This document shows positions 23,869 through 30,120 of a stretch of DNA of 30,120 bases, in pieces. The translations under genes were made by a program, and so were the position numbers. Every line of letters starts with the position of its first letter. The stretch's first letter is position 1. The DNA is from a virus (lineage: Duplodnaviria > Heunggongvirae > Uroviricota > Caudoviricetes): positions 1 to 30,120 of the IMG/VR virus record IMGVR_UViG_3300009703_000007; one strand, 5' to 3'. The notes under the pieces were generated by a model. The model was given only the letters and a program-made list of their open reading frames with translations. It made no database searches and was not told the DNA's origin.

Positions 23869-24228
23869 ATGAATATTGAACAGGCTTACGCCGCAGGCTT
23901 TCAGGCGGCTATTGATGATTTCCTTAAGGTAGCGACACTCTCACCCGCAGCCATGCGCACTGTTGCCATGGGAGGGCTGGGCGCAGTAAGCGGAGCTGCA
24001 GGTGGAGCACTTAGCACGGATAAAGCCATGCACGAGAACCTGCCTGGATTGGACGGCGCCTACAAAGAAAGGCGACGAAAAAGAGGTTTGATAGGTGCTG
24101 GTCTGGGTGCCATAGCAGGCGCTGCTGGAGGCCACGGACTCAACGTCGCGCAGGACATGGCACAAGCTGCAAAGCCTAAACCACTCCTCCAGCTCCCCGC
24201 TCCTACGGTGGTGCCTCCTGTTCCGTAA
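23869..24228 (+). CDS. glycine-zipper protein
   Basis: AYAAGFQAAIDDFLKVA leader; GGLGAVSGAAGG and GLIGAGLGAIAGAAGG. Confidence 0.8.
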   Translation: MNIEQAYAAGFQAAIDDFLKVATLSPAAMRTVAMGGLGAVSGAAGGALSTDKAMHENLPGLDGAYKERRRKRGLIGAGLGAIAGAAGGHGLNVAQDMAQAAKPKPLLQLPAPTVVPPVP

Positions 24229-24242
24229 GGGGGGGTATGTTG

Positions 24243-24674
24243 TTAGCTAACGTACCCAGTTTCATCGACACTGTACACACCGTCAACGGGCTCTTCGGTG
24301 CGAGCCCTTCCGTCGCGCAGCACAGCAAGATGGTGCTCTCCCGTTACGGCAGCGTAATCGGGTGCTTCCCGGATCACCCTGCCTGGTATTTCTTCCCAGT
24401 TGTAAGGGCGGGAATAGATGGATACCTCGATATGATTGCCCGCATGACTTCTGCCGCAGTAGGCGCCCACCCAGGAGTATCCGGACTCCGCAGTAGTCTT
24501 CCGTACAAGTAGTTCTCTATCAGCCGCGGAAGGCATCACAGCTACCAGCTTACTACTGTGTGTGGGATGCAGAGTGACTGTACGTACTGCAGGTTCGTAG
24601 ATCACAAGCAGCATACCGAAACCACTTTCGTGTGCAGAGTCTTGGAGTTCCAGAGAAAATTCTTCCACGATCAC
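24243..24674 (-). CDS. hypothetical protein
   Basis: GTGA overlap with the nucleotidase gene; GGAG RBS. Confidence 0.7.
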   Translation of the reverse strand: MIVEEFSLELQDSAHESGFGMLLVIYEPAVRTVTLHPTHSSKLVAVMPSAADRELLVRKTTAESGYSWVGAYCGRSHAGNHIEVSIYSRPYNWEEIPGRVIREAPDYAAVTGEHHLAVLRDGRARTEEPVDGVYSVDETGYVS

Positions 24675-25270
24675 GCTGTATTCTCCTGCTCGTGCAATAT
24701 TCGACGTATTGATGACAAGGCCTGATCCCAGTTGTACACCAAGTCAACGTTGTCGGGGATGTGTACGCCCTGATTACCAGGGGCATTGAATAGTATCGCC
24801 TGTCTCCCCCAGGCGTCAGCCCAAGCAATAGCATTTTCGTGGTGGTCTTCTACGAGCACACGGCCGTTCACCAAAGACTTATCCTTAGCGAAGATGACGT
24901 CTTTCTCCACCAAGCAAGTGTGGGTAGCGATCCAGCGCCTACGTTCGTAGTCCCATGTCGGAGCTGTCCAAACAGGGCTGGTGAGAATCTTGACTGAGAG
25001 ACCATACGAGTTCACCAGGATATCAACTGCGTTTACTGCTCCGGGCAAAGCCCCCATACTACTGGCGAACCCGGGAGCGTCCATCGCCCTGTAGATGTCT
25101 TTGGTGGCTTCTCCGAACTGCTTGTACAGGTCAGCGTACGCCATGTCCTGGGTGTAGGGCAGTCCCATTAGGTCAGCGGTGTCGCCAAGCTGTCCTAAGA
25201 AATCACTTAGTACTCCGTCACAGTCAAGAAGAATGGGCAGCTCTGTTATGTGTTTGTTACTCATGTCCAC
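24671..25270 (-). CDS. HAD-superfamily 5'(3')-deoxyribonucleotidase (NT5C-like)
   Basis: LLDCDGVLSDF motif I; ILTSP; KDKSLVNGRVLVEDH. Confidence 0.9.
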   Translation of the reverse strand: MDMSNKHITELPILLDCDGVLSDFLGQLGDTADLMGLPYTQDMAYADLYKQFGEATKDIYRAMDAPGFASSMGALPGAVNAVDILVNSYGLSVKILTSPVWTAPTWDYERRRWIATHTCLVEKDVIFAKDKSLVNGRVLVEDHHENAIAWADAWGRQAILFNAPGNQGVHIPDNVDLVYNWDQALSSIRRILHEQENTA

Positions 25271-26276
25271 TCTCGGCGTTTGTCGCTGCGTATGCCGCTG
25301 CGTACCTATCGATTATGATTCTCATGACTTCGTCACGGTTAGGCTGGTCAGGAAGCTCAGACGCCGCAGAAGCCTCTTCTACTCTCACTACCCACTCGTC
25401 CAACTCCTCAGCAAGTTCCTCGTAAGGTACTTGACCTTTTCGTATGGAAAGGAGCCTCGACGCGTCAGGTCTAGGAAAAGTGATGTGGCCTGTTTGTAGA
25501 AGTTCAACAGTCTCAGACGACACACGTATGGCGTGCATTACCGCCTTCCAGTCGACACCGTCAGCAGAGGCCGCGGCTTGTGCACGTCTTCCGTAGCGGT
25601 CGACCAGAGGCTGCAGCGTACTGTCTATGGAGTACTGCACACCGTTGTAGAAAGGGATCTTCCTGCCACACACTGATAGCGCTGGTGCTGTGGAATACTT
25701 GTCACCATTGGTGACCACCACTGACACTAGTTCCATGTGGTCTCCGTTGGCTAACGTGTCCATTGTTCGCGGCCAGTCACCAACTTTTGACCCAGGCTTA
25801 CTCTGCTCCAGCGTCTCGAAGGCAATCAACGCCTCTTTGGCTTCGCACAGTCGTTGGGTCTTAACACTGTAACTAGGCGCTTGGGCCCGGCAGTACCCGA
25901 CCATCTTCTCCACGTTCTTGGAAATGATCAGCGGCTTCAAAACGTCGCGCAGAGGCCCCCAGGTTTCCCGGGTGCCTAAAGGTTGATCACTAAACAGGAG
26001 TTCTATCGCTACAGTTTGGCCACACAATGCAAGCTGGGCCCACTGAGCTAAAGTAAAGATCTCCAAATCAAGGATGCCTGCTGACGTGTCTATGTCAGAG
26101 AAGTTGATGGTAGGTTTTATCCGCCTGTGTACCACGTCGCCAAAGCTCTCTACATAGATCGACTTGAAGTCTAGATCGGATCCCTCTACAGCGGTTCCGT
26201 ACAAATGACTTCCGTAGGGAGACACGAGTATTGGGGCGGATCCAGCGGGTAGAAGGCGTAAAACTGAGGATAGCAT
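25257..26276 (-). CDS. Pol-beta-superfamily nucleotidyltransferase (T4 NrdC.11 / RlaP-like)
   Basis: YGSHLYGTAVEGSDLDFKSIY; DWKAVMHAIRV; ITFPRPDA..LLSIRKG. Confidence 0.9.
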   Translation of the reverse strand: MLSSVLRLLPAGSAPILVSPYGSHLYGTAVEGSDLDFKSIYVESFGDVVHRRIKPTINFSDIDTSAGILDLEIFTLAQWAQLALCGQTVAIELLFSDQPLGTRETWGPLRDVLKPLIISKNVEKMVGYCRAQAPSYSVKTQRLCEAKEALIAFETLEQSKPGSKVGDWPRTMDTLANGDHMELVSVVVTNGDKYSTAPALSVCGRKIPFYNGVQYSIDSTLQPLVDRYGRRAQAAASADGVDWKAVMHAIRVSSETVELLQTGHITFPRPDASRLLSIRKGQVPYEELAEELDEWVVRVEEASAASELPDQPNRDEVMRIIIDRYAAAYAATNAESGHE

Positions 26277-26302
26277 ATGGTATTGCCCCCTATAATAAAG
26301 TT

Positions 26303-26821
26303 ATGGTACTCACACACGTACAACTCATACGTTTGATTACACTGCCTTATACCAAAGAAGCTGCCAATTTAAGGTTAGGTACGCTCAAGGCCGTGGGAGC
26401 CGGTGCAGGCCTAGGTGCAGGCCTAGGTGCTGCTCACGCAGCTTGGAAAGGGGAGGAGCTGGGTGAAGGCGCAGCTAGAGGAGGACTACTGGGTGCGGTT
26501 GGCATGGGTGTAGGTAGGCACAACGTCAACAAAGTAATGCAGTCAGGGCTGGACAGGCGTGTACGAGACGCTGCTATTGATGTAGCTGGCGCCGGTGGGC
26601 GAAGTTTGGACAACGTTTTGTCGGCGTCTCCTCAGTACGCTACGAAAGTCACTCAGAAAGCTGTAGATAATTCCCTGGGTGGACTCATGGATCCTGCGCT
26701 GTTGGCTGCTCGTGAGGGTGCTGAGATGGGTCGTATAGGTGCAAGGAGTCGTTCCGGCGAACGTGCGTTGGCCGACTTCTTGGCCAAGAACCCGGGGGGT
26801 GTAGCCAGTCCAGCACCCTGA
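26303..26821 (+). CDS. glycine-zipper protein
   Basis: ATG 6 nt after TATAAT (possibly leaderless); YTKEAA, then GAGAGLGAGLGAA. Confidence 0.75.
   Translation: MVLTHVQLIRLITLPYTKEAANLRLGTLKAVGAGAGLGAGLGAAHAAWKGEELGEGAARGGLLGAVGMGVGRHNVNKVMQSGLDRRVRDAAIDVAGAGGRSLDNVLSASPQYATKVTQKAVDNSLGGLMDPALLAAREGAEMGRIGARSRSGERALADFLAKNPGGVASPAP
26340..26353 (-). promoter_or_regulatory. GGTATAAG-N5-G promoter motif for the nucleotidyltransferase operon
   Basis: GGTATAAG GCAGT G, located inside the plus-strand CDS. Confidence 0.65.
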
Positions 26822-26952
26822 CCAACAGTAGAAAAGGTAAGGCCAACATCACTACTCCGAGGAATAAGGACATGGTCAGCACAAACTTGAGGACGTAGCG
26901 CGCCTTGAACACTCTATGAAAACACCACCTGACTAAAGGTAGGAGATAGCCT

Positions 26953-27681
26953 ATGCGCACGGGCAAAATAAGAACACTGCTGTTTATACTTCTTACGGCT
27001 GTAACACTTGCTGTTATAAGCGTACCGGCCATCCCCGGCTATGTGAATATGCAGGTGGACGCAGCTACAGACTACGCCGGCCTGGTCATCAACAAGTTCA
27101 GCAGGTTGGCTAGAAGTACGGTGATGTTGCGGACAGTAGTGGCATCCCCTACCCAAGAGATGGACGACTACATAACGACGTATAGTGGTGTTATAGTCAA
27201 GAGAGAAGGCCCCGTTGCTGTGATAGCTACTGTACGACATGGCTGCACCCCAGGAGGTATGACACCCTCCTTGATTGAAATCGTTGGAGGAGGTGAGGAT
27301 CTTAAACCTACCAAAGCACTTCGAATGCGGATCGATACTAGGCCAACTCACGCTGCCGATTTTTGTCTAGTGTGGGCAGAGATCCCCGGCCCCGCCATGC
27401 CTGTTGCAAAAAATTATTCTCCGGGATTCGGAGACAGGCTGCACTCCGTAGGATCCCCTGGGGGTATTGACCGTCTGCCTGTCGAGGGGCTGATGGCGGG
27501 ATACGATCCTTTTACTGATACCTATGTCGTGTCCATACCTGTGTCTCCGGGCGCGTCAGGAGGCCCAGTTGTGCACGAAGGAAAGGTTATAGGCCTGGTC
27601 TCTAAATATTTCGTGGACGTCAATCACGGAACTCGTGTTGTTACTGCAGAGAACCTACTAGAATTCATGGAACATGACTGA
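26953..27681 (+). CDS. trypsin-like serine protease with an N-terminal signal/TM segment
   Basis: Triad ATVRH / ADFC / PGASGGPV, GKVIGLV; AGGAG RBS. Confidence 0.9.
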   Translation: MRTGKIRTLLFILLTAVTLAVISVPAIPGYVNMQVDAATDYAGLVINKFSRLARSTVMLRTVVASPTQEMDDYITTYSGVIVKREGPVAVIATVRHGCTPGGMTPSLIEIVGGGEDLKPTKALRMRIDTRPTHAADFCLVWAEIPGPAMPVAKNYSPGFGDRLHSVGSPGGIDRLPVEGLMAGYDPFTDTYVVSIPVSPGASGGPVVHEGKVIGLVSKYFVDVNHGTRVVTAENLLEFMEHD

Positions 27682-28351
27682 TACCTACGAACCTGTTTTA
27701 CCGAAGCTGCGAGAGCTACTGGCAAAGCTACGTTTACGCGTTGACTATGACCCGGACTTTACTACGCTCACGGTGTACCCTCGCGACGAGGGATCCGAGT
27801 GGGGGGTCATGGATTTTGACGGTATCCCAGCGTCGCCGTATGAAAGGGATATGTTTTTACTAGAGTCTATAGAAGACCATCCTCACTTCGAAAAGCTACT
27901 CCACAAGGAGGTGGCTCCAACTGAGAAGTTGGGCATGGTATTGATGGACCTTGACGGAGACAAGTGGTACGCGGCGTCGTACCGCAAAGTCAAGACACTA
28001 CGCCCAGCTCTGTTCGGTAAGGACGGCAAGATATGGCTGAGCTCCTTCAGCGAGCTGGCGATGATTAGAGTGATGTCTGAGGTAGGGCGACGCAGGGTGG
28101 GGTTCAACAGGTCTGGAGATCAGATAAGAGGTACACTTCAGGTGGAGCATCCCGGAAAGATTCCATGGTCTCGCCAGGTTTACTTGTACGAGTTCGATCC
28201 CAAGAAGCTCGACCTCTCTAGAGTGTTCAGGCGAGGGCAATTCCAATTCGAGATAGCGCAGCACGAGCTGAAGCCGGACAGGGTATTCACCTCAACGCTA
28301 GCTACTGTCAGAAGGCTGTTCAACATCGAGCCATTGTACCAAGATAAGTAA
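27674..28351 (+). CDS. hypothetical protein
   Basis: 225 aa, overlapping the protease stop. Confidence 0.8.
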   Translation: MTDTYEPVLPKLRELLAKLRLRVDYDPDFTTLTVYPRDEGSEWGVMDFDGIPASPYERDMFLLESIEDHPHFEKLLHKEVAPTEKLGMVLMDLDGDKWYAASYRKVKTLRPALFGKDGKIWLSSFSELAMIRVMSEVGRRRVGFNRSGDQIRGTLQVEHPGKIPWSRQVYLYEFDPKKLDLSRVFRRGQFQFEIAQHELKPDRVFTSTLATVRRLFNIEPLYQDK

Positions 28352-28355
28352 AGCC

Positions 28356-30120
28356 ATGAGCGACTATCAGACATTCGGCATGTACTTAGTCAACGACATT
28401 CTTCCAGATGGTTACAAGCTGGAAGGTGAGGTGACCAAAAAGGTGCTCTTGCGAAAGATGGCCAAGCTGGCCAAAGATCGTCCCGAGGAGTACGGCTACG
28501 TTATCCAGGATATGAAGGCCCTGGGCGACAAGATTGCTACGTACGACGGAATTTCTGTTGGCCTGGAGGATATTGAGCCGGACTACGCTGCCCGTGACAA
28601 GATACTGGCTAAAGCCGACAAGGCTATAGACAAAGCTAAGTCCACGGACGAGAAGCTTGAGATCATGGTCAATGCCCAGCAGGAAGTAGGCGAGTTGGCC
28701 ATGCGCCACCCAGGTAGTATGGCTATGATGGCACGTGCTGGGGGGCGCGGAAACAAGGGACAGCTGATGAAGTCGGTGGCATCCCCCGTAATCGTGGCTG
28801 ATCAGAAGGGTAGAGGTGTACCCTACCTCATACGCAACTCCTACGCCGAAGGGTTGACGCCAGGAGAGTATTGGATTGCAGCTAACGAAGCGAGACAGAA
28901 CGTTATTACAGGACAGCTGGCCACCGCAGAGCCAGGTGCTCAGGGGAAGATCCTTACTAACCTCACGTCTGACTTAGTAATCACGGCCGATGACTGTGGT
29001 ACCACCAACGGAGTGTCCCTACCGGTCAAGTCTCCAGAGCTTGTAGACAGGTACACTGCAAATAACCGCGGCGTGAAGATAGAGTATAACACGTTGGTAA
29101 CGTCTTCGGTCCAGCAACGTCTGCTGGAGGACGGGGTTAGGCGTCTGATAGTCAGGTCCCCTATGACCTGTACTCTGCGTGAGGGTGTGTGTAAGCACTG
29201 CCAGGGTTTGGATGAGAAGGGCAACTTACATGAAGAGGGTACCAACGTAGGTATCCGAGCAGCGCACGCGCTTAGTGAGCCACTCACTCAGCTAGCCCTT
29301 AGTGCTAAGCACGGCCTACGCTTGGCTAAGAAGGACGCTGGTCCCACAGGCCTCAAAGCATTCGTGCAGTACATGGAAGCTCCTAAGACATTCCCACACA
29401 AGGCTGCTATAGCCCGGGAAGACGGTGTTGTGGGAGAGATCACCAAAGCCCCGCAGGGCGGCTACTACGTACACGTAGGTAAGTACAAAGAGTACGTACC
29501 CGTAGGACTCGACCTCCTAGTTAAGTCCGGCGACAGAGTTGAAGCGGGCGATGCACTTTCAGAGGGCATACTCTACCCGCCGGATGTTGTGGAGCATAAG
29601 GGCATAGGTGCGGGGCGTGAGTACCTGGTAAACTCTCTTCACCAGAACGTGTTCTCAGGGAACATGGACAGGCGCCACCTTGAGCTTCTAGCTAAGAAGC
29701 ACCTCAACTACGTCAAGATAGACGAGGATGCAGACGATGATGCTCACTATCTACCTGGGGAGGTGGTAGACTACAATAAGTTCAAGGAAACCATAAAGGC
29801 GAAGACGACCAAGAAGGTTGGAGCGGACATACTAGGAGACTATCTGGCTAGTGACGTACTGCACTTTACAGTGGGTACTAGAGTGACGTCTAGAGTGATC
29901 GCGGCGCTGGAGCGTAACAACGTGGATGAGGTGGATGTGGCAGACCGACCGCCCAAGTTCACAGCGGTGGTAGCGCCGATGTCCAGGGTACCACTACATA
30001 ATCCCGACTGGATGCAGAGACTAAATCACAGACTACTCAAGGATTCTTTGTTGAGAGCCGCTCACTTTGGACAGGAGTCCAGTCTGCACAGCCTCAACCC
30101 CATGCCAGCATACGCGTACG
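28356..30120 (+). CDS. rpoC: phage multisubunit RNA polymerase beta' subunit, C-terminal half (truncated by window end; not in ORF track)
   Basis: Manual translation: GISVGLED, AGGRGNKGQL, NSYAEGLTPGEYW, DLVITADDCGT, VRSPMTC..GVCKHCQG, NVGIRAAHALSEPLTQLALSAKH, GDRVEAGDALSEG, DRRHLELL. Confidence 0.92.
   Translation, partial: MSDYQTFGMYLVNDILPDGYKLEGEVTKKVLLRKMAKLAKDRPEEYGYVIQDMKALGDKIATYDGISVGLEDIEPDYAARDKILAKADKAIDKAKSTDEKLEIMVNAQQEVGELAMRHPGSMAMMARAGGRGNKGQLMKSVASPVIVADQKGRGVPYLIRNSYAEGLTPGEYWIAANEARQNVITGQLATAEPGAQGKILTNLTSDLVITADDCGTTNGVSLPVKSPELVDRYTANNRGVKIEYNTLVTSSVQQRLLEDGVRRLIVRSPMTCTLREGVCKHCQGLDEKGNLHEEGTNVGIRAAHALSEPLTQLALSAKHGLRLAKKDAGPTGLKAFVQYMEAPKTFPHKAAIAREDGVVGEITKAPQGGYYVHVGKYKEYVPVGLDLLVKSGDRVEAGDALSEGILYPPDVVEHKGIGAGREYLVNSLHQNVFSGNMDRRHLELLAKKHLNYVKIDEDADDDAHYLPGEVVDYNKFKETIKAKTTKKVGADILGDYLASDVLHFTVGTRVTSRVIAALERNNVDEVDVADRPPKFTAVVAPMSRVPLHNPDWMQRLNHRLLKDSLLRAAHFGQESSLHSLNPMPAYAY

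Noticed and set aside
26685-27032. Minus-strand membrane ORF
   Set aside because: Its hydrophobic part fits the 26822-26952 gap, but it overlaps both flanking plus-strand genes and has no clear RBS or promoter, so it is left uncalled.
28386-29287. Minus-strand ORFs 28386..28709 and 28940..29287
   Set aside because: They are antisense to the RNAP beta' gene.
1-30120. tRNA, tmRNA, rRNA, integrase/transposase, alternative genetic code
   Set aside because: No T-loop or cloverleaf signature or recombinase motif was seen by eye. Genes end normally at TAA, TAG and TGA with tight packing.

Overview
This window looks like part of a large (jumbo-type) dsDNA bacteriophage genome. It is densely coding and strand-partitioned. 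The minus strand carries mostly small hypothetical genes. These include a tandem array of at least 13 divergent paralogous CxxC/CxxC (zinc-ribbon-like) genes at 1-3868, a hexapeptide beta-helix protein, a HAD 5'(3')-nucleotidase and a Pol-beta-type nucleotidyltransferase. Many of them sit in cassettes opened by a strict motif, GGTATAAG-N5-G (14 copies seen, all on the minus strand), and closed by hairpins ending in TTTTAG. The plus strand carries probable virion or late genes: Gly-zipper modular proteins punctuated by K-x-A motifs (one with an ADP-ribosyltransferase-like module), an InPase-domain protein, a VWA lipoprotein and a trypsin-like protease. It ends with the C-terminal half of a split multisubunit RNA polymerase beta' subunit, which runs off the window and is absent from the ORF track. 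No tRNA, rRNA, CRISPR array, integrase or reverse transcriptase was recognised. All family calls come from motif recognition by eye, not database searches.
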